From contig NC_086118.1 of assembly GCF_963921235.1 (NCBI RefSeq), positions 23,996,001-24,060,000 of the forward strand: a stretch of 64,000 bases of DNA. The letters run 5' to 3'. Shown piece by piece: positions 12,945-25,550 of this stretch. The translations under genes and the position numbers were made by a program. Every line of letters begins with the position of its first letter. The first letter of the stretch is position 1. The stretch is from Mobula hypostoma (taxonomy: Eukaryota). The notes under the pieces were generated by a model, which was not told where the DNA came from, made no database searches, and saw only the letters and a program-made list of their open reading frames with translations.

Positions 12945-13627
12945 GGCTACTGCATTATGCAATGCTTTACCATACCAGTGATCCAGGTTTATTTCCCAGC
13001 ACTGCCTGTAAGCAGTTAGTATCTTCTCTCCATGACCATATTGGGTTCCTCTGAGTGCTCCAGCTTCCTCTCACAGTCCAAAGATGTACTGCTTGGTAGG
13101 TTAACTGTTCATTGTATATTGTCCCATGATTAGACCATAAGACAAGACAAAGGAGCAGAAGTAGGCCATTTAGCCCATCGAGTCTGCTCCGCCATTTTAT
13201 CATGAGCTGATCCATTCTCCCATTTAGTCCCACTCCCCCGCTTTCTCACCATAACCTTTGATGCCCTGGCTACTCAGATACCTATCAATCTCTGCCTTAA
13301 ATACACCCAATGACTTGGCCTCCACTGCCACCCATGGCAACAAATTTCATAGATTCACAACCCTCTGGCTAAAAAAAATTCTTCGCATCTCTGTTCTGAA
13401 TGGGTGCCCTTCAATCCTTAAGTCATGCCCTCTCGTACTAGACTCCCCCATCATGGGAAACAACTTTGCCACATCCACTCTGTCCATGCCTTTCAACATT
13501 CGAAATGTTTCTATGAGGTCCCCCCTCATTCTTAGGCTAGGGTTAAGTCAGGGGTTGCTGGGTGGCCTGACTTGAAAATCTGGAAGAGCCTATTTCGCAT
13601 TGTTTCAGAATGAATAAATAAATAAAT
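12945..13627 (+). mobile_element. tRNA-derived V-SINE (HE1-like), split by a CR1 fragment
   Basis: V-domain gggttcctctgagtgctccagcttcctctcacagtccaaaga. Resumes as aggctagggtt at about 13534; (aaat)n tail. Confidence 0.75.
13134..13531 (-). mobile_element. CR1 3' fragment nested in the V-SINE
   Basis: ORF 13347-13529 reads MRGDLIETFRMLKGMDRV...TRGH...FFSQRVVNL; flanked by ttag on both sides. Confidence 0.88.
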
Positions 13628-14589
13628 TTGCAGATACTCAGATTTGAACACCAGGTCTGAAGGTTGCTCAGTACTATCTACTTTCCCAATACCATGTCTT
13701 CTTCCAGTGTCTCACAGGATTATCACTGGACTTGCCAACTATCTGACCGCTGATGTACCCAGACCTCTTCACAGCCTTGGAATAAAATAGTTTCAACCTA
13801 AATCACTAAATGGCATGGCACATTTATTCCATGTCAGTTGGAATGAAATTGAAACTATAAACTCTCTAACACTGCTTACTCTAACCCTCATTCCTAACTG
13901 TTCGTATCCTGACCTTTAAATAACTCACTAACACGAGGAACGTTTGAGAGGAACCTTTTATAAAAATGCCTTTGTGTTCTTTAACATAAACATCATTTCC
14001 TATTGCTGGTGCCTGCAGGAATTCAGTGCTGCAACACATAACCGGGCTTCCTGTTCTCCAAATAAACAAATAAAAATCCATCCCTCCAAGTCATATATAT
14101 CTGTAAAGTGATAAAAATCTATTTTTACTCGCTTTCATGTCAGTACATTTGTAAGAGTAATGTGAATTGCAAGCTTCTTATTTATCTTTTCAAATGGGAA
14201 AAATGTGGATGGACCTATCATATAATCTTGCAGAGTAGTGGGAAATAAAACTTGACTTTTACCCTTCATTGACCTTCAGGCTGGTCACATTTTGCTCACA
14301 ATGTAACCTTACAACTGGAGATGGAGAGCTCAGTTCAGAGAGTTAGTTTCAAAGGCCTATATTCCAATATACAGTGATGAGAGAAGAGGTGACAAATTCA
14401 GTCTCGATGCTAAACATAATGTAGTGTATGCCCAAATTTAAGCCCAGAAATATAGAGGATGGCATGCTGTATATTTACAGTAGGTATGGATTTCTAATCA
14501 GCAAGTACTGCAAACTGATCAAAGCATAGAAAACCATGTGGCTTAAATTATATCAGTTACATATATGTAAGTATAAATATGATATCACA

Positions 14590-15350
14590 AACATCACAAC
14601 ATCAGCTATGTCAAAGATCTAATATGTCTGATTAAGATCACCCTTCATTATTCTAAACTCTGATGAATAAAAACCCAAACTGTATAGCCTCTATTGATAG
14701 GAAAACCTTCTCTTCACAGAAATTATACTGGTGAATCTACTTCGAATTGCTTCCAATATCTTTTTTTTTAATTTTAAGTAAGGGGACAAAGCTATCCACA
14801 GTATTCCAGGTGTGGCCTCACCAAGGCACATCAAAGTTTCAAAGGTCCATTTATAATCAAAGTATGTATGCAATATACAACTCTGAGGTTGTCCTTCTCC
14901 AGATTAGCCACGAAACAAAGAAAAACTATGAAAGTTATTTTGAAGAGAAACGGCAAACTCACACCACCACACAAAAAAAGGAATGGCAACATGATCATCA
15001 ACTTCCCTCCCCTCTCCCCCACAAATGTATCAAATAACCCCTCCCCATCTTCAACTCTATCCCCTTATAATAAAGGTCTACTACTAACTAGTTGTGGAAC
15101 CTACCTGTTAAATTTTGGTGATTCATGCTCTGTCTTGCTCTAGGTTTATATCCCTGGAATTTCACACATTTGCAATGTCTCTACATTTAGATCATGATCC
15201 GCCTTTTGATTTCTCTTACTGAAATGCATGATCTCATACTTCCCCACATTAATCTCTATTTGCCAGGTTTTCACCCAGTCACTCAAACTATCTATATATC
15301 ATTGCAGAATTACAAAGTCCTCATCACAACATGCCTCCCATGTATTTTCA
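14590..15350 (-). mobile_element. Decayed CR1 fragment interrupted by a Rex1-type tail element (about 14831-15062)
   Basis: gtattccaggtgtggcctcaccaagg is the reverse of the CR1 LVRPHLEY region; the insert begins with a tcaaag-type tail. Confidence 0.55.
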
Positions 15351-15499
15351 TATCACATTCTTTCTGTCTGTGACTTCATGAGTTTCCTCCAGGTATACTA
15401 GTTTCTTTCCACATTCCCAAAACAGGCAGGTTTGGAGATAAATTAGCCAATGCAAATTGACCTTGAGAATAGGTGAGTGGTGGAATCTTGAGTAAGTTA

Positions 15500-15950
15500 T
15501 TATAATGGCTATATTTCATGAGGAGTTTGAGGAGATTGGGTATGTCACCAAAGACTAGCAAATTTCTACAGATGTACCATGGGGAGTGTTCTAACTGGTT
15601 ACATCAGCATCTAGTACGGAGGGGCCATTGCACAGAACCAGAAAAACGCTGCGGGAAGTTACAACTTCAGCCAGCTCCATCGTGTGCACTAGCCTCCCCA
15701 TCGAGGACACTGAGGACATCTCAGAAGGTGATGCATCAAAAAAGCGGCATCCGTCATTAAGGACCCCGATCACCCAGGATGTGCCCTCTTCTCATGAATC
15801 CCACCAGGAGAGAAGACTGACACACACTCAACATTTTAGGAACAGCTTCTTCCCCTCCACCATCAGATTTCTGAACAGACAATGAACCATGAACAATATC
15901 ACACAATTTTTGCTCTCTTTTTGCACGACTTATTTACTTCATATACACAT
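15500..15950 (+). mobile_element. Rex1/Babar 3' fragment, preceded by a V-SINE fragment at about 15365-15500
   Basis: MRSLRRLGMSPK and FRNSFFPSTIRFLN motifs. Confidence 0.75.
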
Positions 15951-15989
15951 TTTTTTCTCACCCCTCATAGGTAGAGTGTATATGTAGTT

Positions 15990-16545
15990 TCCCCTCAAAC
16001 TCAGGTTCTTTACCAGAGGCCGGGAGCTTGACCATTCAGCACAATATCCCTGCTGTTCCTAGTCGTGCACTCTTCTGGACCAACCCAGATGTTGTTCCCA
16101 GGATTTGTTAGAGCAACTCTCCTGGTTCAGGAATCACAGCTCCTCTCACCAGTGAGATTACTCTAGCTTTAACATTCAACATCCTTTCTATCTGGTATTC
16201 TTTTTTCCTGATGTTATTGTCATTTGGGATTGCCACACTTGCCTTCTTCTGTTCCTTGTCCAGTATTACTATGTCTGGTTGGTCGGCCAGTACCTGCTGA
16301 TCAGTCGGTATTTGGAAGCCCCCAGGAGCTTAGCCCTGACGTTCTCTGCTACCTTCATGGGTGTTTCCCAATTGGACTTGGGAGTGTGCAATCCATAATC
16401 AGTGGAGAAGCTCCTGCATACAATTCCTGCAACTTGGCTGTGCCGTTCAGTGTATGCTGTCCCTGCCTGCATCTCGCACCCTGCTACTATGTGCTGGATG
16501 GTTTCAATGGATTCCTTGCACAGTCTGCTGACTGAATGGAAGCAA
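15990..16545 (-). mobile_element. R4/Dong-clade (Rex6-like) retrotransposon 3' remnant with restriction-like endonuclease
   Basis: MQAGTAYTERHSQVAGIVCRS...PKSNWETPMKVAENVRAKLL, then QTDQQVLADQPDIVILDKEQKK in a shifted frame: an RH...PD-type RLE domain. Confidence 0.7.
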
Positions 16546-17169
16546 CAAATTTCACGTGAAGTCAGTGATAATAAACCTGAAGCTAATTTGGCGAATATGG
16601 AGAGAATAGGTTACAAGGAATAATAATGGAGAAATGGGTAGAATAGAATCAGTCTAAATTGGTGCTTGATGGTCAGGGCCAACACAATGGGGCACGGAGT
16701 ATGTTTATGTGCTGTATGACTCTACATGACCTCTCAAGTGTCTTGAGGTATTTTCCCATGGAGAAACTGCGCTCTAAATCTGAGTTGTGTCATATGCTGT
16801 TCACTGGAAAGTTTGTTTCAATTTACTCTTTCCAATCATTTTGTAATTTAAAACATCTTTATTAAATCATCAACTATTTTTTTTTCCTGTTCTAATATAG
16901 TACCACAATGTTTATGGCTACTTTTGCTTCCGATTCCTCACCCTACACAACAAATCCAAAAAACTATGTCATTTAAAAAATATGATCCAGATACACTTTG
17001 ACGTGACCAGAAATAAAGCCAGTTACGTCTCTGATGCTAATAATACACTGACACTCTAATGTTGATTAAGAGCCCAGTGCCTTTGGTTAAACGTGTTAGC
17101 ATGCGTTAGGAATTGGCTGTCACTTCTCAGTCCTGAGTGATGTAATTATTCCAGGGATTGGTGCTTGGC

Positions 17170-17370
17170 TCTCAATTGTTCAATATTTACATTAAAGATC
17201 TGAAGGAGGGGAGGTAAGTGTGGGACATCTGCATTCGAGGTAAGTGTTGAACCTACATTGCTGGAGCTATTGGATCTCAATTGTTTAATATTTACATTAA
17301 AGATCTGGAGGAGGGGATGTAAGTGTGGGACATCTGCATTGGAGGTTAGTATTGAACCCACATTGCTGGA
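17170..17370 (+). repeat. 105-bp tandem duplication (about 1.9 copies)
   Basis: Unit tctcaattgt.caatatttacattaaagatctg...cattgctgga starts at 17170 and again at 17275. Confidence 0.9.
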
Positions 17371-19179
17371 CCTGTGATGTAACAGCTCTATTTGCGATGA
17401 CGCTGTACCACATAATCCCACCACTGTGCCTAAACGTAGGTAATGAAAACAGTTAATGAACTAAAGCTGGAGATAAGCAACCAAAACCTCTAGGAGAGTT
17501 TAAAAGAAGGAGAGGTGGGGAAGTCTAGAAGCTGAATGAAAGAGGTGAAAACCAACAGTGGTGCAAGTGAAGGGTGAGACCAGAGTTTGGACAAAGCCAG
17601 CTTCCAAAGGGACACCTTTGAAAAGCTGGAGAAGGTCACAGAGGGCATGGATTACTTCCTTTAAAATTTTGTGATGTTCAGGCAGACACCAAGAAGAGGG
17701 ATAGTAGGTGAAAACAGTTTGAAATGAGATTGACTTTTAAAACAGTTGACTATTAGATGGGCTGTAGTTTATGGAATGAGAAAATTAGAAGCCCTGTCAG
17801 GAAAGCATTAGAATAGTTGAATCTGAAGATGGAAAATTGCAGATTGTCCGTAATTTTCTGAGGAACAACAGCAGAGGCAGGCAGTGTTACAGCAGTGGGG
17901 CTGGGTGAGGAGAACATTGGATGGAGCAGGACATCAAGTGTTAGGCAGGTAGATGTCACTTCTTCAGATTATTCTTACTGATTTGACCTTTGCCTCTTGC
18001 AAAACAGCTTACTGATATGAAATAAGTGCATTTAATACATATACTACATCTCTTAGAGACCTCCTAAGGGTTGAAGAAGATTCATTCCTATTATAGTTTT
18101 ATGGGTTCTGAGGTAACTGAAGAGTCCAAGGCAGGGTCTGCCATTTCTCGTGAAGGCCGAAGACAAGTTAAAATAGATGAGGCGGCAGGCTGGGTTGATT
18201 GAGCTACTGCATACTGCTTCAGCATGAAAACATTTATTTGTTAATCTAAAGTAGATACAATACACGAACTGAATTTCAATATAAATTATTAGCTAATGCT
18301 GGAAATATGGCAAAGTTCTAACTTTTTGCTCTTTTTGCGAAGTAGAATCTCATTCTGCAATAAGATGATGGAAGCACTTTACCAGATTGATATTTGTTGT
18401 AATTTGCAGTCGCTTGTTAATTTATCTGTTCCAAATGTAAACACTCCAACAATTTTGTCCTATCCTTCTGTGGCAGTATCCGTTCCTCCTCTCGTTTCAA
18501 AAAGTCAGACATGACAAACACAGGAGAGACTGAGAACATTTATGAACTGGAAACAAGAAAAACAGCTTAGCTGTGCACATAAATAAAGTGAGTAATAATG
18601 TTCCATAAACGTTGCCACATAAAATAACGATGTGTTATTGTTGGGGAGTTCATAAAAAGAGAAGTGTATGTAAGATTTCTGCATGGTTTCTAAAGTTGAT
18701 TGAGTGAAGAAATCTTGCTCTTCAAGAGTAATATACCCTGAGGAAGTGTAGTCTGGAAATTTCTTTAGATTTATCTTTCAAGTTCTCACAATCAGTGGGA
18801 TACGTGCTAAGGCTCACTATCAAAAACTTTGACTCGCTATGTGAGCTATCAACTAGTATTATGTTCTTTGCTACTGTCAATCAAATGGACCAAATAAAAT
18901 AATTTGATAAACATGTCTGTATTTATCTAGACTAAATAAAATTAACTTCTGACTTCTGCACTGCATGGATCGAAGTCAGAAGTGTGTAAGTTTTATTGAG
19001 CAAATTGGCAAACCTGTGACAAATGGACTTCAATCTAGAAGCATGTGAGGCTGTCTCCTTCAAACCTAAAAAAAGACAAAGCTGAGCAAATTCTAAATTT
19101 GAATAGCAACTGTCTGAAATGATGTGGTGGACATGTATATTTATCATTCAAATGTGATAGAGAGGTACAGCAGAGAGGT

Positions 19180-19990
19180 AGAAACATGGAAACATAGAAA
19201 ATCTACAGCACAATACAGGCCCTTCGGCCTACAAAACTGTGCTGAACATGTCCTTACTACCGAAATTACCTAGGGTTACTCTTAGCCCTCTATTTTTCTA
19301 AGCTCCATATACCTGTCCAGGAGTCTCTTAAAAGACCCCATCGTATCAGCCTCCACCACCGTCGCCGGCAGTCCATTCCACATACTCACCACTCTCTGTG
19401 TAACATCTCCTCTGTACCTACTTCCAAGCACCTTAGAACTGTGTCCTCTCGTGCCAGCCATTCCAGCCCCGGGGAAAAGCCTCTGATTATCCACACGACC
19501 ATGCCTCTTATCATCTTATACACCTCTGTCAGGTCATCTATCAACCTCCGTCGCTCCAAGGAAAAAAGGCCAAGTTCACTCAACCTATTCTCATAAGGCA
19601 TGCTCCCCAATCCAGGCAACCTCCTTGTAAGCAACACACATAAAAATTGCTGGTGAACACAGCAGGCCAGGCAGCATCTCTAGGAAAAGGTACAGTCGAC
19701 GTTTTGAGCTGAGTCAGGACGAAGAGTCTCAGCCCGAAACGTCGACTGTACCTCTTCCTATAGATGCTGCCTGACCTGCTGCGTTCACCAGCAATTTTTA
19801 TGTGTGTTGCTCGAAATTCCAGCATCTGCAGACTTCCTCGTGTTAACATCCCTGTAAATCTCCTCTGCACCCTTTCTATAGTTTCCACATCCTTCCTATA
19901 GTGAGGCGACCAGAACTGAGCACAGTACTTCAATTGGAGTCCGACCAGGGTCCTATATAGCTGTAACATTACCTCTGGGCTCCTAAATTG
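19180..19990 (-). mobile_element. CR1 3' fragment split by a fold-back PLE element
   Basis: LYRTLVGLQLKYCAQFWSPHYRKD and GLFSLERRRL motifs; tail (tttctatg)-like. Confidence 0.9.
19631..19844. mobile_element. ORF-less fold-back PLE-derived element, 214 bp
   Basis: About 75-bp inverted arms (19631-19704 and 19737-19810). 13-bp TSD aacctccttgtaa / aacatccctgtaa. Confidence 0.9.
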
Positions 19991-21131
19991 TACTTTAAAA
20001 TAAGTCCATAAAATACAATTAATGCAAAATAGTTCATTTTAATTTTCATAATACTTTGATAAACTCACATTTAAAGGAGACATAAGCGATTGCACAATCT
20101 GGAGGAAAAAATTAGCAGGAGGAATTTAGCTGGTGAGGCAAATATTTCAGGTCAATACATTTAAGGGGGATTGGATGAAGATGTAGGATCTCAACCCACA
20201 AGCTGACTGTCCATTTCTCTCTAAGAAGCTGCCTGACCCATTGAATTCCTCCAACATTTTGCTTGTTGATTGTATTTAAGAGATATGGGAAGATGCATAA
20301 TTACAGAGTCAGTACTGTTTAATCCACACACAATAGTTTTTGTTAAGGACTAGTCTGAAGTTATGAAATAATGAATAATGAATATTAATTAAAATGAAAA
20401 CCAGCCAGTCTTCAAAAATCAACCTGTTTACAATTTTACTTCAACTGATACCATAAGGCTATTGAAACCAATCACTGGGTGTGTGACATTCTGATTCTGT
20501 ACCTTTGAAATTACACAGGGAAAAGCAGTAACAAAATGCTCGTGTTAATTGCTCATCATTGAAAATTTCAGGAAGAGATCAGGGAAGGTATTATCTGGCA
20601 TTATTAAAGAAGTAACCCTGCCTCTTAATGTGCAGGTCTGTTTTACCACTGGTTTAGTTGTATATTCAGCACTTTAACAAAGAGGTATATTTTGGACATC
20701 TGGAATTTATACTGAGTAGCTTTTGGACCAGTCATGAGTGTTGTCTATTCAAAGTATCCTGGTACTTAGGACATGCTACCATTGTAAATACATAATTCTG
20801 CAAAGTTACCTGTCTGCATTCAAAATGTTAAAGTTAAGTTAGTGATTATAGCCATTAAAAGTTTAGGTATTTGTTTATTGTTGGCTTTGTACTTAAAAAG
20901 TATAAAACATTGTGTTGGGAGACAATTGTAGATTCTCTCCAGAATATATGCCGTTTGAATAAAGACATTTCTATTTTTCTACCGCAACTTCAATGTGTCC
21001 CAGTTCAGTTAGTCACAACAGTATTATTCAATAAAATTATTATTTGACTAAGGAAAGAGGTCCTAGTTAAATGTTCAGTTTTGCATCGTGTTTAAACTCT
21101 GACGTAGTAGACAAGAATTGAGATAGCGCAA

Positions 21132-24100
21132 GCACAAGAGATTTCTCAGATGTTGGAAATCTTAAGCAATACACTGAAAATGCTGGAAGAACTCAGCTAG
21201 TTAGGCAGCATCTATGGAGGGGAATAAACAGTCCATATGATGGGAGGGGGGAGAAGGACTATAAGCTTGCAGGTGATAAAGTGAAGGGGAAGGGGAAAAT
21301 TAGTATGTGGGGGTGGGATGTTTGAAGTAAGAAGCTGAGAGGTGATAGGTAGAAGAGGTAGAAGGCTGAAGAAGGAAGTATCTAATACTGACACTGATAA
21401 TGCTGCAGCTCCTGACAAACCGAGTTAGAGAACTGGAGCTGGAGTTGGATGAACTTCGGATCATTCGGGAGGCAGAGGCGGAAATAGAGAGGAGTTACAG
21501 GGAGATAGTCACCCCTAAGAGCCAGGAGACAGGTAGCTGGGTGACTGTCAGGAGAAGGAAGGGGAATAGACAGAATGAGCAGAGCACCCCTGTGGCTGTT
21601 CCCACCAATAGTAAGTACATCGTTTTGGATACTGTTGGTGGGGATGACCTACCAGGGACAAGTTGCAGTGGTCGCGTCTCTGGCACTGAGATGGGGCCCT
21701 CAACTCAGAAGGGAAGGGGGGAAAAGATGAGAGCAGTAGTGATAGGGGATTCGATAGTTAGGGGAACAGATAAGAGGTTCTTTGGAAGAGATCAAGAATC
21801 CCGGATGGTCTGTTGCCTCCCTGGTGCCAAGGTCTGCGATATCTCGGATCGAGTTCTCAGTATTCTCAAGAGGGAGGGTGACCAGCCAGATGTCGTGGTC
21901 CATTTAGGGACCAATGACGTGGGTAGGAAGAGTGAGGAGGTCCTGAAAGGTGAGTTCAGGGAGTTAGGAGCCAAGTTAAAGGACAGGACCTCCAGGATAG
22001 CAATCTCAGAATTGCTACCAGTGCCACGTGCAGGCGGCTTTAGAAATAGTAAGGAAGCATAGATCAACACGTGGCTGAAGACAAGGTGCAGGAGGGAGGG
22101 CTTCAGATTTATAGATAATTGGGCAGTTTTCCAGGGAAGACGGGACCTGTTCCTGCGGGACGGTTTACATCTGAACTGGAGGGGAACATTTATTCTTGCA
22201 GGTAGGTTTGCTAGAGTGGCTCCGGTGGATTTAAACTATATACAAGGGGGGAAGGGAACCATAGTGTAGGAACAGATGTAGGGGAGAAGGAAGAAAAAGA
22301 AAATAGTAAAGTTGTTTGCACTGTTAGTGATAAACAGAGAGTAAGAGGTGGAAAATTTCTTAAATGCATTTATTTTAATGCTAGGAGCATTATAAGAAAG
22401 GTGGATGAGCTTAAAGTATGGATTGATACCTGGGAGTATGATGTGGTAGCTATTAGTGAAACATAGTTACAGGAGGGGTGTGATTGGCAACTAAATATTC
22501 CTGGATTTAATTGTTTCAGGAGTGATATAATCAGAGGGACAAGAGGGGGAGGTGTTGCATTGCTTGTCAGAGAAAATATTACAGTGGTGCTCTGGCAGGA
22601 TAGATTAGGGGGCTCGTCTAGGGTGAAATTGAGGAATGGGAAAAGTGTGGTAACACTTATGTATTATAGACCACCAAATGGGGAGCAAGAATTGGAGGAG
22701 CAAATTTGTAAGGAGACAGCAGATACTTGTAGTAAGTACAAGGTTGTGATTGTGGGAGATCTTAATTTTCCACACATTGACTGGAAAGACCATACTGTAA
22801 AAGGGCTGGATGGTTTGGAGTTTGTAAAATGTGTGCAGGATAGCTTTTTGCAGCAATACATAAAGGTACCAACTAGAGAAGGGGCATTGTTGGATCTCCT
22901 GTTAGGCAATGAGATAGGTCAGGTGATGGAGGTTTGTGCTGGGGAGCACTTTGGGTCCAGTGATCACAATGCCGTTAGTTTCAATATAATTATGGAGAAG
23001 GATAAGTCTGGACCCAGGGTTGAGATTTTTGATTAGAGAAAAGCTAACTTTGAGGAGATGCGAAAGGATTTAGAAGGAGTGGATTGGGACGATTTGTTTT
23101 ATGGGAAGAATGTAATAGAGAAATGGAGGTCAATTAAAGGTAAATTTTGAGGGTACAAAATCTTTATGTTCCTGTTAGGTTGAAAGGAAAGGTTAAAAGT
23201 TTGAGAGAGCCATGGTTTTCAAGGGATATTGGAAACTTTGTTCGGGAAAAAAGAGATATCTACAATAAATATAGGCAGCGTGGAGTAAATGAGGTGCTCG
23301 AGGAATATAAGGAACGTAAAAATAAACTTAAGAAAAAAATTAGAAAAGTTAAAAGAAGATATGAGGTTGCTTTGGCAAGTAAAGTGAAAATAAATCCCAA
23401 GGGTTTCTACAGTTATATTAATAGCAAAAGGATAGTAAGGGATAAAATTGGTCCCTTAGAGAATCAGAGTGGACAGTTATGTGCGGAACCAAAAGAGATA
23501 GGGGAGATCCTGAACAATTTTTTTTCTTTGGTATTCACTAAGGCAAAGGATATTGAATTGTGTAAGATAAGGGAAACAGGTAGAGAAGTTATGGAAACTA
23601 TGATGATTAAAGAAGAGGAAGTACTGGAGCTTTTAAGAAATATGAAAGTGGATAAGTCTCCGGGTCCTGATAGGATATTCCCCAGGACCTTGAGGGAAGT
23701 TAGTGTGGAAATAGCAGGGGCTCTGACAGAAATATTTCCAATGTCATTAGAGACGCGGATGGTGCCGGAGGATTGGTGTATTACTCATGTTGTTCCATTG
23801 TTAAAAAAGGGTTCTAAGAGTAAACCTAGCAATTATCGGCCTACGAGTTTGATGCCAGTGGTGGGTAAGTTGATGGAAGGTATTCTTAGAGATGGTGTAT
23901 ATAATTATCTGGATAGACAGGGTCTGATTAGGAACAGTCAACATGGATTTGTGTGTGGAAGGTCATGTTTGACAAATCTTATTGAATTTTTTGAAGAGGT
24001 TACTAGGAAAGTTGACGAGGGTAAAGCGGTGGATGTTGTCTATACAGACTTCAGAAAGGCCTTTGACAAGGTTCCACACGGAAGGTTAGTTAGGAAGGTT

Positions 24101-25360
24101 CAGTCATTAGGTATTAATATTGAAATAGTAAAATGGATTCAGCAGTGGCTAGATGGGAGACGCCAGGGAGTAGTGGTAGATAACTGTTTGTCCAATTGGA
24201 GGCCGGTGAGTAGTGGTGTGCCTCAGGGATCTGTACTGGGTCTAATGTTGTTTGTCATATACATTAATGATTTGGATGATGGGGTTGTAAATTGGATGAG
24301 TGAGTATGCAGATGATACTAAGATAGGTGGAGTTGTGGATAATGAAGCAGGTTTTCAAAGATTGCAGAGAGATTTAGGCCAGTTAGAATAGTGGACTGAA
24401 AGATGGCAGATGGAATTTAATGCTGATAAGTGTGAGGTGCTACATTTTGGTAGGACTAATCAAAATAGGACATACATGGTAAATGGTAGGGCATTGAAGA
24501 ATGCAGTAGAACAGAGGGATCTAGGAATAATAGTGCCTAGATCCCTGAAGGTGGAATCTCATGTGGAGAGGGTGGTGAAGAAAGCTTTTGGTATGCTGGC
24601 CTTTATAAATCAGAACATTGAGTATAGAAGTTGGGATGTAATGTTGAAATTGTACAAGGCATAGTTGAGGCCAAATTTGGAGTATTGTTTACAGTTTTCA
24701 TCACTGAATTATAGGAAAGATGTCAACAAAATAGAGAGAGTACAGAGAAGGTTTATTAGTATGTTACCTGGGTTTCATCTCCTAAATTACAGAGAACGGT
24801 TGAACAAGTTAGGTCTTTATCCTTTGGAACGTAGAAGGTTGAGGGGGAATTTGATAGAGGTATTTAAAATTATGAGGGGGATAGATAGAGTTGACATGGA
24901 TAGGCTTTTTTCCATTGAGAGAGGGAGAGATTCAAACAAGAGAACATGAGTTGAGAGTTAAAGGGCAAAAGTTTAGAGGTAACATAAGGGGGAACTTCTT
25001 TACTCACAGAGTGGTAGCTGTGTGGAACGAGCTTCCAGCAGAGGTGGTTTAGGCAAGTTCGATGTTGTCGTTTAAAGTTAAATTGGATAGATAAATGGAC
25101 AGGAAAGGAATGGAGGGTTATGGGCTGAGTACAGGTCGGTGGGACTAGGTGAGAGTAAGAGTTTGGCATGGACTAGAAGGGCCGAGATGGCCTGTTTCCA
25201 TGCTGTAACGGTTATATGGTTATATGGTTAATAGGAAAGGACAGTGGACAATGAAAAAAGGAAAGGAGGAAGGGCACCAGAGGGAGGTGATGGACAGGTA
25301 AGGAGAAAAGAAGGGATGAGGGAGGGGGACCAAATGGGGAATGGAAAAAGAGAATATTAC
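21132..25360 (-). mobile_element. Penelope-like terminal fragment (21132-21388 plus 25231-25360) split by a CR1
   Basis: Colinear with 1361-1770 across the CR1 insertion (tctaata | ...taataggaaaggacagtggac). Confidence 0.75.
21389..25230 (+). mobile_element. Near-full-length CR1 LINE, 5' truncated within ORF1
   Basis: ORF1 esterase (IGDSIVR, HLGTNDV) at 21400-22240. ORF2 APE plus RT (GVPQGSVLG, YADDT) at about 22366-25150 with several stops. Tail (ggttatat)n. Confidence 0.95.
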
Positions 25361-25361
25361 C

Positions 25362-25550
25362 TCTATATTCTTCCCTCAATCAATATCACAAGTAACTGGT
25401 CATTTACTTCAATGCTAATTGTAAGACTTTGCTGGATCTAAATTGCTTCCTAGAATAACCTGAAAACTAACAGTGACTTCACTTCGAAGTAATCAGTTGC
25501 ATGCCTATGAGATGTGTTAAACTGCTATATAAATGAAAATTTTATTTTGT
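25362..25550 (+). mobile_element. Deu-SINE (SacSINE1/AmnSINE-like) 3' remnant
   Basis: atattcttccctcaatcaatatcac...ctggtcatt...aacagtgacttcacttc...gctatataaatg resembles the Deu-SINE 3' region as I recall it; not aligned. Confidence 0.5.

Noticed and set aside
13929..14050. Possible minus-strand exon with gtgagt donor
   Set aside because: Weak acceptors, unrecognised peptide, no consistent partner exons.
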